From an uncultured Burkholderiales bacterium (GTDB lineage: Bacteria > Pseudomonadota > Gammaproteobacteria > Burkholderiales > Eutrophovitaceae), in the NCBI GenBank assembly GCA_951812315.1, contig CATOSA010000036.1, positions 1,237-65,236 of the forward strand: DNA of 64,000 nt, written 5' to 3'. Position numbers and translations under genes: made by a program. The notes beneath the pieces are model-generated. The model made no database searches. It was not told where the DNA came from and worked only from the letters and a program-made list of their open reading frames with translations. Positions 25,937-35,223 of this stretch are shown here, in pieces. Every line of letters begins with the position of its first letter. Within the stretch, counting starts at the first letter, position 1.

Positions 25937-26046
25937 GCCGACAGGTGACGCTCGCTGTGAGTTGTTGCCAGGGACGATTGCCCGGGCGAGTGGTCGGGAC
26001 GAGTGGACGGGGACAAATGGTCCGGCCAAATTCCGGGAAACTGCAC

Positions 26047-26406
26047 GTGCGTGATCAGGATTGTGTTTTTTGCAGGATTGTTCGGGGTGATATCCCGAGT
26101 GAAGAGGTGTACGAGGACGACGAGGTCCTCGCATTAAATGACATACACCCGGTTGCATCGGTGCATTTCATGATGATCCCGAAAAGGCACATTGCAACAT
26201 TTGGTGATGTGCAGTCCGACGATCGCGATGTTCTGGGCAATATGATGATTTTGGCGGGCAGGCTTGCCCGGGAGCAGTGAGCGACGGATGGATTTCGGAC
26301 AGTCGTCAATACTGGGCGAGTTGGGCGACAGGATATCTAACATCTGCACACGCATATAATCGGTGGAAAGGATCCTCTCCCAGGGATGATCCGGAAATCG
26401 AAGTAA
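26047..26406 (+). pseudogene. hinT: HIT-family (HinT-like) nucleotide-binding protein with two in-frame stops
   Basis: DCVFCRIV...[31 protein letters not shown]; TGA 26278-26280 and TAA 26338-26340 precede the HxHxH motif. Confidence 0.85.
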
Positions 26407-26429
26407 CTGAACTTTCGGGAGAGAAACAA

Positions 26430-26669
26430 ATGGGCACATTCAGCATCTGGCACTGGTTAATCGTTTTGGTTGTAGTCGTACTGGTATTTGGTACGAAAAA
26501 ACTCAGCAATCTTGGGTCTGACCTGGGTAAGGCGGTCAAGGGATTCAAAGAGGGCGTCCAAACCGAAGACGATGAGGAAACGCCGACGACGGCTACGGCC
26601 AAAATCGACGCCTCGCCCGTCAGTGGCGAGACCATAGAGGGCGAAGTCAAGGAAAAGTCGCAAGGCTGA
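26430..26669 (+). CDS. tatA: Twin-arginine translocase subunit A
   Basis: [12 protein letters not shown]...FGTKKL. Confidence 0.95.
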   Translation: MGTFSIWHWLIVLVVVVLVFGTKKLSNLGSDLGKAVKGFKEGVQTEDDEETPTTATAKIDASPVSGETIEGEVKEKSQG

Positions 26670-26700
26670 CTTCCTCGATTCACCGCCAATAAAGTCACCG

Positions 26701-27186
26701 ATGTTTAATTTCGGCATGACCGAGGTGATGATCATCGCCGTTGTTGGCTTGATCATCATTGGACCGGAACGCTTGCCAAGAGTGGCGCGTACGCTGGGTC
26801 ATTTATTCGGGCGCATGCAGCGTTACGTTACAGATATCAAGGCTGACATAAACCGGGAGGTCGAGCTCGACGAACTTCGCAAATTGCAGTCGTCGATGAA
26901 AGAGGCCGCGCAGGAAATCGAAGAGAGTGTTTCCAAGCAAGTCAACCTCATTGAAGACGAAGTCCAGCAGGCCGAGACAGAAACCCGGAAAAGCGTTGAG
27001 GAGGCCGCGCAGCCCGCGGCCGGCATTAATCTCATGCATGCGCTGAATCCGCCCGAGGTTCCGAACGAAGAGGCCGCAAAACTGGAAGGCGGGGCGGCAG
27101 AGCCAGTGCCTCTGGCTGATCCGGTTCCCGAGGCTGATCCTGGTCCGGACGCAAGTTCGACTGGTTCGGCAGGCAAGCAGGCGTAG
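26701..27186 (+). CDS. tatB: Twin-arginine translocase subunit B
   Basis: GPERLPRVARTLG. Confidence 0.95.
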   Translation: MFNFGMTEVMIIAVVGLIIIGPERLPRVARTLGHLFGRMQRYVTDIKADINREVELDELRKLQSSMKEAAQEIEESVSKQVNLIEDEVQQAETETRKSVEEAAQPAAGINLMHALNPPEVPNEEAAKLEGGAAEPVPLADPVPEADPGPDASSTGSAGKQA

Positions 27187-27241
27187 GTGGCATGGCGAGT
27201 ATCGAATCCTTGTCGCCTGCCGGGGTAACACGCACGCATAG

Positions 27242-28021
27242 ATGAGCGAATCCAGTACCTTTGTTTCGCACCTCATTGAGTTGAGGGACCGGCTGACGCG
27301 CGCCTTATTGGCGTTGCTGATCGTATTCGGATGCCTGTTCTACTGGGCGCGCGATATTTACACTTTGCTGGCGGCGCCTTTGCTTGCAGAGCTGCCTGAG
27401 GGCACGCAACTGATCGCAGTTGAGGTCGCTGCGCCATTCTTTGTGCCGGTCAAGGTGACGATGTTCGCCGCGTTCGTCATTGGATTACCGTACATTCTCT
27501 ATCAGGTCTGGGCTTTCGTTGCGCCCGGCCTCTATACGCACGAAAAGAAACTGATCGTTCCGTTGATTGCGACCAGTACCCTGCTATTTCTGATCGGAAT
27601 GGCGTTCGCCTATTTCGTCGTGTTTCCCGTGGTATTTCGCTTCATTACCGCCTTTGCGCCTGACGGCGTGGCGGTCATGACGGATATCCAGAAATATTTC
27701 GACTTTGTGCTGACGCTATTTCTCGCGTTTGGCGTTGCGTTTGAAACGCCGATTGCGGTGGTGATTCTGACTCGTTTTGGCATTGTCAGTGTTGAAAAAC
27801 TCAAGGAAGCACGCCCCTACGTGGTGGTCGGTGCATTCGTAATCGCTGCGATTTTCACACCGCCAGACGTGGTATCGCAGCTGTTGCTGGCGTTTCCGCT
27901 GTGGTTGCTTTACGAGGTCGGCCTGCTGGTGTCTTCCTGGATGGGAAAGCCGGAAGACAAGGAGCAAACGCAGTCCGAGTCGCAGCAGGTTAGCACTCCG
28001 TCGACTACTGACGAGTCATAA
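27242..28021 (+). CDS. tatC: Twin-arginine translocase subunit C
   Basis: SHLIELRDRL, FVAPGLY, TPPDVVSQ. Confidence 0.96.
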   Translation: MSESSTFVSHLIELRDRLTRALLALLIVFGCLFYWARDIYTLLAAPLLAELPEGTQLIAVEVAAPFFVPVKVTMFAAFVIGLPYILYQVWAFVAPGLYTHEKKLIVPLIATSTLLFLIGMAFAYFVVFPVVFRFITAFAPDGVAVMTDIQKYFDFVLTLFLAFGVAFETPIAVVILTRFGIVSVEKLKEARPYVVVGAFVIAAIFTPPDVVSQLLLAFPLWLLYEVGLLVSSWMGKPEDKEQTQSESQQVSTPSTTDES

Positions 28022-28040
28022 CGAGTTTCAGGCCTGCAGC

Positions 28041-29203
28041 CTACTTAAGCAGAGTGCCGCGTACGGGCCGCGGCCTGGTGCCAACCTTGATTTGAACCAG
28101 TGCTTCCTCGTCGTCACGCAGGATCTTCAACGTCGCTTGTTCGCCGGGCTTTAACGCGGCAATCAGGTTGAGCATTCGCGTTGAGTCCGTGACTTCGCGA
28201 GACTCGACTGCCATCAGGATGTCACCGCGCCGATACCTGCGCGCTCAGCCGGGCCTCCCGGTTGCACGCCGGCAATGAGTGTGCCGTTCGTCGTGGGCAA
28301 ATTGAACGATTCCGCCAGTTCCGGTGACATGTCCTGCACTTCGACACCAATCCAGCCTCGCGCTACCGAACCCGTCTGGACAATCTGTTCCATCACCTGG
28401 CGCGCAAGGTCTGACGGTATCGCGAATCCGATCCCCAGAGATCCACCGGTCCGGGAATAGATTGCGCTGTTTATCCCGACCAGATTTCCGGTAGCGTCTA
28501 CCAGCGCTCCGCCTGAATTACCGGGATTGATGGCCGCGTCAGTCTGGATGAAATTTTCGAAGGTGCTGATTCCAAGGTGGCTTCGCCCTTTTGCGCTGAC
28601 AATGCCCATGGTCACGGTCTGCCCGACACCGAACGGATTTCCGATCGCCAGGACCAGGTCTCCGACGCCCAGTTGCTTGGGGCTGCCAAAAGCGATAGCC
28701 GGCAGCTCAGCCAGGTCAACCTTGAGGACCGCAAGGTCGGTTTCAGGGTCCGTCCCAACGATGTTTGCAGGGGCTTTCCTGCCATCGGCCAGCGCGACTT
28801 TGATTTCGTCAGCGGTTTCTATAACATGATGATTTGTAAGAATATAGCCTTCTGCTCCGACGATAACACCGGAGCCAAGGCTGGCAGATTGGCGGCTTTC
28901 GCCGTCGAGTTGATCGCCGAAAAAGCGGCGAAACAGTGGGTCATCCATGAACGGATGTCGCGCCGGCTTTGTCTCCTTGGTCGTAAAAATGTTAACGACC
29001 GCCGGCATGGCCTTGTTGGCCGCAACTTTAAGGCTGCCGGTAGCAGGGCTGCCGCCCTGATTCTCGCCGGCCTCTCTGATCGTAATCACCCCACCGTTCG
29101 GCCGTGACAAGCTCACGAGATCCGGGCGAAGGGTGGTCACGACGAATAAGACCGCAAGACAGACCGTAACGGCCTGGGAAAATATCAACCAGAATTTGCG
29201 CAT
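28041..29203 (-). pseudogene. degQ: DegQ/DegS-family serine protease with a 1-nt frameshift in the PDZ domain (~28232)
   Basis: TNHHV, DLAVL, QTDAAINPGNSGG; PDZ remainder RGDILMAVES...LK* continues in another frame; may be a sequencing error. Confidence 0.7.
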
Positions 29204-29517
29204 GGCGCGGAATCAATTCAGCTAAGCTGCTAGAACACTGACTACATAAAATGGATAAAGGAGGCCAGTCATACTGCCCTGGCAGTCTGTCGGACTCACG
29301 ATAATTCGGCTGCAACGAGGGAGAACTGCCCAAATGTCACCGATTTCTCCTTACCTATTACTGATCTGCGCAGCTTCAATCAAATGCGTGGTATCGGCAA
29401 GATCTGTGCTCGCGATCCCATCGTTTCGCTATCGAACGCCTAATTCCGACACACTGCAAACGCAATTATGCCTTATTATCGGCCATGTCTAGAAGCGATC
29501 AATCACTTTCCGGGTCC

Positions 29518-29561
29518 GGACGAGCACTATTGCCACCAGGACGAGCACTATTGCCACCAGG
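29518..29561. repeat. Perfect 21-bp tandem duplication
   Basis: GGACGAGCACTATTGCCACCA x2 followed by GG. Confidence 0.9.
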
Positions 29562-29623
29562 CTTTGGAAATTTGGAAAGGGAAAACGCTATGTAAATCCG
29601 GGCGTTGATTTCGTGTCAGAGGT

Positions 29624-29653
29624 TTGACAATGCTTGCCTGCCACGATTAGAAT
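29624..29653 (+). promoter_or_regulatory. Sigma70 promoter of rplM-rpsI
   Basis: TTGACA-18 bp-TAGAAT, GC-rich discriminator. Confidence 0.7.
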
Positions 29654-29697
29654 TCGCGCCTTTCGCTTTTGGACGACACTCTTTTAAGTCGCTCGCT

Positions 29698-30126
29698 ATG
29701 AAAACATTTACTGCCAAGCCGGGCGACATCAGTCGCGACTGGCTGCTCATTGACGCGACCGACAAGGTGCTCGGGCGCCTGGCTGTTGAAATTGCCAAGC
29801 GTTTGCGCGGCAAACACAAGCCAATATACACGCCACACGTTGACACAGGTGATTTTGTCGTTGTTATCAACGCTGACAAGCTCCGCGTCACTGGCAATAA
29901 GGCACAGGACAAGACGTACTATCGGCACAGCGGATACCCCGGTGGATTGTACGAAACCAAATTCGGCAAAATGCACGCGCGTTTTCCGACCCGGCCGCTG
30001 GAACTGGCGGTCAAGGGGATGTTGCCAAAAGGACCGTTGGGATACGCAATGTTGAAGAAACTCAAGGTCTATAGTGGTGCGCAGCATCCACATACTGCGC
30101 AGCAGCCGCGCGCGTTGAATGTCTAG
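29698..30126 (+). CDS. rplM: 50S ribosomal protein L13
   Basis: [17 protein letters not shown]. Confidence 0.98.
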   Translation: MKTFTAKPGDISRDWLLIDATDKVLGRLAVEIAKRLRGKHKPIYTPHVDTGDFVVVINADKLRVTGNKAQDKTYYRHSGYPGGLYETKFGKMHARFPTRPLELAVKGMLPKGPLGYAMLKKLKVYSGAQHPHTAQQPRALNV

Positions 30127-30135
30127 GAAATTCAA

Positions 30136-30534
30136 ATGATTACAGCAACTCAGTCGAATTATGGTACCGGCCGCCGCAAATCTGCGGTGGCGCGCGTTTA
30201 CATCAAGTCTGGTAGCGGGGCCATCGTGGTCAACGGTAAGTCTGTCGACGAGTTTTTCTCGCGCGAAACGGGACGCATGCTGGTCAGGCAACCACTTGAA
30301 CTGACCGAGCTTGTTAAGAACTTCGATATAGCCGTGAACGTCACCGGCGGTGGCGAATCGGGGCAAGCCGGAGCGGTACGCCACGGCATTGCGCGCGCGC
30401 TGGTCGAGTACGACTCATCGCTCAAACCGGCTTTGCGAAAAGCTGGCCTGATTACGCGTGATGCGCGCGAAGTAGAGCGCAAAAAAGTGGGTCTGCGAAA
30501 AGCGCGGCGGCGGCCACAGTACTCCAAGCGCTGA
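30136..30534 (+). CDS. rpsI: 30S ribosomal protein S9
   Basis: [23 protein letters not shown]. Confidence 0.98.
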   Translation: MITATQSNYGTGRRKSAVARVYIKSGSGAIVVNGKSVDEFFSRETGRMLVRQPLELTELVKNFDIAVNVTGGGESGQAGAVRHGIARALVEYDSSLKPALRKAGLITRDAREVERKKVGLRKARRRPQYSKR

Positions 30535-30596
30535 TTTATTTCAGCTCTCGAAAAAGCCGCCATTTGAGACTGTGTAAATAGTCTGGGGTTTTTGAG

Positions 30597-30629
30597 AAAA
30601 TACCCGCACATTGTTGCGGGTATTTTTTT
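30597..30629. terminator. Terminator-like hairpin inside the IS1182 left end
   Basis: AAAATACCCGCA-CATTGT-TGCGGGTATTTT(TTT); identical at 54057-54089. Confidence 0.75.
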
Positions 30630-31517
30630 ATGCACATTCAGGGACAAAGCCGGGATCAGGCGACGCTATTTCCGGAGCGGCTCGATGATCTGATAGGCCA
30701 GGACAATGCAGTCCGGGTGATCGACGCGTTTGTTGATACGCTAGATTTGAATGCACTTGGTTTTGCCCGCATGCAGCTTCAGGCCACGGACCGGCCACCG
30801 TACCACCCGGGTGATGTGTTAAAGCTGTATTTGTACGGCTATATGCACCGAGTACGCAGCTCACGGTGTCTTGAGCGCGAGTGCCAGAAGAACCTCGAGG
30901 TTCTGTGGTTGCTGAACCGGCTGGCGCCAGATCACAAGACCATTGCCAACTTCCGGGTGGACAACCGTGTGGCCCTGACGCGCGTGTGTCGGGCGTTCGT
31001 GCAGTTTTGCCGCTCGCAAGCGCTGTATGGCGGCGAGCAAATCGCGGTTGATGGCAGCAAGTTCAGGGCGGACAACAGCCGCAGCCGAGTCACACACAAG
31101 AAAGATCTGCAACAGCGAGTCAGCGGCCTGGATCGCAGGATCGGAGCGTGGCTCGATGCGCTCGAAGACAATGAGGACAATGATGACCAAGGGCCCAACG
31201 GCGGCGACACCCAAGGCGCTCTTGGCGCACTCAGGGCCGAGCGCGAGACCTTAACCGAACGCATCCGGGCGATGGACGATGCGCAAGTCTCGGCGCAGCC
31301 CGATACGGACGAGCAGGCGCGGGTGATGCCCCGCGGACATATTGGCTACAACGTACAAAGCACGGTCGATGGCAAGCACCGCCTGATCGTGGATGTGGAC
31401 GTGGTACAAAATGCCAATGATTTGCAGCAGTTGTATCGCATGGCGCGACGCAGCCAACGCCAACTGCAGCGCGATCGGGTGCAGGTACTGGCCGATGCAG
31501 GCTTGTATGGTACGTCC

Positions 31518-31710
31518 TGCACCTGAGGGTGCCGGGGTGGAGGGACGATGCAGGCTATCTGCCGTAACCGGACAGACCGAACTAGCCATGTCCCCACTCT
31601 GTCTTTCTGAGCGTCGATTTGGGAAGCAGCGGCAAGTGTTTACGCACCTGACCGCCGATAGAAACAAGCTAACGCGGCAAAGACAGCCCCCCTCGGCACG
31701 TTTAAGTGTA
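31518..31710 (+). ncRNA. Putative IS110 bridge RNA
   Basis: Basal stem 31518-31534/31694-31710 encloses two stem-internal loop-hairpin arms; first arm holds a 13-nt identity to the target site; ends approximate. Confidence 0.8.
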
Positions 31711-31789
31711 CGGCGATACGGGCGGCTTGAGCACGGCGTTGTCCATGTATGCAGCCGTTGTTGCCATTGGCCGTGGAAGTGGAGCTTAC

Positions 31790-32737
31790 ATGTCTGATTC
31801 ACACAAGAGCATCGAAGTCATCGGCGCGGACATTAGCCAGTGCGAAATCGTTATTGCCTGGGCGCGCTCGCAGCGACCTTGCCAGCGTATTGCCAATAAG
31901 CGCGAGGCCATTGTGGTCTGGCTCAAACAACTTCCCGCAGGCTGTGTTATCGGCATGGAGGCCACGGGCCGGTTACATCAGCAGCTGGCTGATCTGGCTG
32001 CAGGACATGGACACGTCGTGTACGTCCTTAACCCCAAGCATGTAGCGTCTTACGCCAGGGGCGTGGGCCAGCGCGGCAAGACCGATCCAATGGACGCGGG
32101 CGTGATTGCCCGTTATGTCGTACCCAGCGCCTTGCAGCGCACGCTGCGTGATTTGATCAGCCAACGCGCGAGCGTCGTGCGTCATACTACGGCGCTGCGC
32201 CAGAGCATCCGGGCTACGGGCACGCGGTCCAACCGCGCCTTAAAGCGCGCGCATCAAGGCGCCTTGAAGAGCCTGAACACGCTGCTCGCCGAGCTCAACA
32301 ACGAGCTCAAACGCGTCATTGCACACAACGATGAACTGGAGAACAAACGCAAGCAACTGCAGCGCATTCGCGGCATTGGCTTTATCAACAGCGCGGCGTT
32401 GACCCATCGCTTCGATCACACGCCCTTTGCCAATAGCGATGCGGTGGTGGCCGCCTACGGATTGGACCCGCGCCCGAAGGATTCTGGTACTCATCAGGGC
32501 AAGCGGCGCCTGACCAAACAGGGCAATGCGGAGGATCGGCGGCTGATCTACCTGGCTGGGCAAGCAGCGGCAAAGACAAAATTGTTCAAACCAATTTATC
32601 GCGCACTACTAGCCAGGGGCTTGGCAACCACCGAGGCCATTGTGATCCTGGCCAGAAAGCTACTGCGCATCGCCTTTGCCATCTGGACTTCAGGACAACC
32701 GTTCAAGCCTGATATGGTCGGAAAAAAACCTTGCTAA
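31790..32737 (+). CDS. IS110 recombinase (DEDD RuvC-like + Tnp domain), 315 aa
   Basis: RBS GGAG; IGADIS, MEATG, KTDPMDA, GLDPRPKDSG, ILARKLLRIAFAIW. Confidence 0.92.
   Translation: MSDSHKSIEVIGADISQCEIVIAWARSQRPCQRIANKREAIVVWLKQLPAGCVIGMEATGRLHQQLADLAAGHGHVVYVLNPKHVASYARGVGQRGKTDPMDAGVIARYVVPSALQRTLRDLISQRASVVRHTTALRQSIRATGTRSNRALKRAHQGALKSLNTLLAELNNELKRVIAHNDELENKRKQLQRIRGIGFINSAALTHRFDHTPFANSDAVVAAYGLDPRPKDSGTHQGKRRLTKQGNAEDRRLIYLAGQAAAKTKLFKPIYRALLARGLATTEAIVILARKLLRIAFAIWTSGQPFKPDMVGKKPC
32731..32736 (+). promoter_or_regulatory. -35 half of the IS110 circle-junction promoter (-10 half TATGGT at 31506-31511)
   Basis: Joining the ends gives TTGCTA-17 bp-TATGGT. Confidence 0.7.
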
Positions 32738-33420
32738 AAACCATAGGAACTATTCCAATGGTCAGCTGCTAAAGCGCTGCCAGGCCCCCTATGTGCCGGT
32801 ACAGCGCGCCACGAACAACCAAGGCGATGGCTGCTACTTCGACAAATCGGAGTTTACCTACTGCGGCGAGGGCGATTACTACGAGTGCCCGGCCGGTGAG
32901 CACTTGCCAAAGAAGACCCAGTCGAACAAGCAGCGCCACTGGCTGTACACCAGTGAGGCGTGCACGAACTGTCACATCAAGGCGCGGTGTACGGCCGCTA
33001 AGCAGCGCTGGGTGACGCGCCACTTCGAGGAAGACGTGCTTAACGAGGTCGCCGATCGCACCGCGGCCAATCCACTCATGATGCAACGGCGCAACGGCAT
33101 GGTGGAACACCCATTTGGCACGCTCAAGCGGCGTATGGACGGCGGGCGTTTCCTGGTAAGAGGCATACAGAAGGTCAAAGCCGAGATGGCATTGGCCGTG
33201 ACCGCTTATAACCTGACCCGTGCTATTAACATCCCGGGAACGAAGCAACTCTGCAAGGCACTGGCTATCTAATCACAAATGAAAAAGAGGCCACCTCGAA
33301 CAAGATGGCCTCCGGGTTTTTACACAGCCTCCATTTGGTGGCTTTTTTTGTTTTGCGAGGCTGTCACGCTGGCCTAGTTAAGGTATTATCCTCAAATCAA
33401 CCTGTAAGTTATTGCCGTAA

Positions 33421-34449
33421 ATGATAAAAGTCGGAATTGTTGGTGGCACGGGTTACACCGGCGTCGAATTGTTGCGAATCCTTTGGAATCATCCTGAAGC
33501 TGAGCTTCAGGTTGTTACGTCACGCTCCGAAGCGGGCATGCCGATTGCCGATATGTTTCCAAGTTTGCGCGGCAAGGTGGACCTGAAATTTTCTGAGCCA
33601 AAGAAAGCGGGGCTTGAAGATTGTGATCTCGTATTCTTCGCAACGCCGCATGGTGTGGCGATGGACAACGCGCCTGCGTTGGTTGATGCGGGTGTCAAAG
33701 TCATCGATCTTGCCGCGGATTTTCGCCTGCAGAACTTGTTGCAATGGCGAAAGTGGTACCAAATGGAGCACGCGGCGCCTGAGTTGCTGGCCGAGGCTGT
33801 CTACGGGTTGCCGGAAATGAATCGCGATCGCATTGCAAGAGCGCGCATCGTTGGAAATCCTGGTTGCTACGCGACGGCGGTGCAACTCGGTTTTCTGCCA
33901 TTGATCGAAGCTGATGTCGTCGATCGGTCACGTCTCATAGCCGACGCGAAGTCCGGTGTGAGTGGCGCCGGGCGAAAAGCCGAGCTCGGCATCGCCTTCT
34001 CTGAGACCGCCGACAACTTTCGGGCCTATGGTGTACCAGGGCACCGTCATCATCCAGAGATGGTTCATGGCCTTGGTGGAGCCGCGGGCAGGCCGGTGGA
34101 ATTGCTTTTCGTGCCACACCTGATTCCTTCAATTCGCGGTATTCATGCGACGCTCTACGCGCATTTGAACAGGGATATGGACCTGCAAACGCTCTACGAG
34201 AAGCGATTTGCAGATGAACCATTCATTGATGTCATGCCGGCGGGCAGCCACCCGGACACGCGCAGCGTACGCGGTTCGAATACCTGCCGAATTGCGATCC
34301 ACCGACCCGGTGGTGGCGACAAGGTTGTCGTGCTGGCGGTGTTGGACAATCTCGTCAAGGGCGCGTCCGGACAAGCAGTGCAGAGCATGAATCTGATGTT
34401 TGGACTTGACGAGGGCAGCGGGCTTGACCACATCGCGTTGATGCCGTGA
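33421..34449 (+). CDS. argC: N-acetyl-gamma-glutamyl-phosphate reductase
   Basis: [31 protein letters not shown]. Confidence 0.96.
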   Translation: MIKVGIVGGTGYTGVELLRILWNHPEAELQVVTSRSEAGMPIADMFPSLRGKVDLKFSEPKKAGLEDCDLVFFATPHGVAMDNAPALVDAGVKVIDLAADFRLQNLLQWRKWYQMEHAAPELLAEAVYGLPEMNRDRIARARIVGNPGCYATAVQLGFLPLIEADVVDRSRLIADAKSGVSGAGRKAELGIAFSETADNFRAYGVPGHRHHPEMVHGLGGAAGRPVELLFVPHLIPSIRGIHATLYAHLNRDMDLQTLYEKRFADEPFIDVMPAGSHPDTRSVRGSNTCRIAIHRPGGGDKVVVLAVLDNLVKGASGQAVQSMNLMFGLDEGSGLDHIALMP

Positions 34450-35204
34450 GCGCAATGAAAACGCTCAGATTGAAAAGGCTTCGCCGGCGGTTTGGAATTG
34501 CCGCACCGCGGGTCGCGATACGTACGCACGTGCCGTGGTATTGGCGATGGCTCACGTCTACGGTGTTACTTGTTGTAAGTGTCGCGCTCGCCTGGATCGC
34601 TTTTGACCTCGGGCGCCGCTATGCCGGATTTAATGCCAGCGAGGCGCAAGGTACCCAGTCCCGGCTGCAGGAATTGAACGCAAAAATGGAACTCGAGAAC
34701 GCAGTGTTGCGCAAGGAAGTTGCGGGCATCGAGCGCAAGCTTCAGATTGAATTGTCGGCCCAGGGCAATCTCACGGGTCAGATCCGTGCGTTATCAGAGG
34801 AAAACGCGTTGCTAAAAGAGGATTTGGCGTTTTTCCAGACCTTGATGGCCTCGGGGAGCGATCCTGGTGGCGTCACCGTCAACCGGTTCCGTATTGAACG
34901 CGACGCTCTACCCGGCGAATATCATTACAGGCTACTCATAGTCCAATCCAAACAGCGTGTACGGGAATTTCGCGGATCGCTTCAGCTGATCGTGGATTAC
35001 GAACGCAATGGCACGCCGGCAGTGATCACCTATCCTGAAGAGAGTGATGACACGCAGGCGTATAATTTGCGTTTCAAGTTCTACCAGAGGGTGGAAGGCA
35101 CGTTTACGCTGGATCCAGACGCTGTCATCAATGCGGTACAAGTCCGCGTCATGAAGAATGGAAATGCGACGCCTGTATCTACGCAAGCGGCCACTCTTTC
35201 CTGA
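34446..35204 (+). CDS. Conserved membrane-anchored coiled-coil protein (DUF6776-like)
   Basis: TM, coiled coil, [17 protein letters not shown]; usual neighbour of bactofilin. Confidence 0.75.
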   Translation: MSAMKTLRLKRLRRRFGIAAPRVAIRTHVPWYWRWLTSTVLLVVSVALAWIAFDLGRRYAGFNASEAQGTQSRLQELNAKMELENAVLRKEVAGIERKLQIELSAQGNLTGQIRALSEENALLKEDLAFFQTLMASGSDPGGVTVNRFRIERDALPGEYHYRLLIVQSKQRVREFRGSLQLIVDYERNGTPAVITYPEESDDTQAYNLRFKFYQRVEGTFTLDPDAVINAVQVRVMKNGNATPVSTQAATLS

Positions 35205-35223
35205 TTACCCAATTGGAGAAACC

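Larger units (their letters stand above)
31504..32751 (+). mobile_element. IS110-family element (1248 bp)
   Basis: Absent from IS1182 copy 2; CT core at both junctions (31502-31503, 32750-32751); long left non-coding end; DEDD recombinase. Confidence 0.93.
30630..33272 (+). pseudogene. IS1182 transposase interrupted by IS110
   Basis: 30630-31503 plus 32752-33272 = 1395 nt, an open 464-aa frame: PDHKTIANFR, VDGSKF, GYNVQ, ADAGY, VEHPFGTLK. Confidence 0.88.
30566..33331 (+). mobile_element. IS1182-family element, copy 1 (1518 bp plus nested IS110)
   Basis: IRL GAGACTGTGTAAATA, IRR reverse complement GAGGCTGTGTAAAAA, flanking direct repeat CATTT, DUF772 + DDE transposase. Confidence 0.9.

Noticed and set aside
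25984-26032. Degenerate ~13-bp repeats upstream of hinT
   Set aside because: Low identity, no associated gene or structure.
29518-29561. CRISPR array
   Set aside because: Two adjacent 21-bp copies with no spacer and no cas genes.
31706-31789. Longer N-terminus for the IS110 recombinase
   Set aside because: Its start lies within the predicted RNA's 3' stem; ATG 31790 has a GGAG RBS and places the first catalytic Asp at the usual position.
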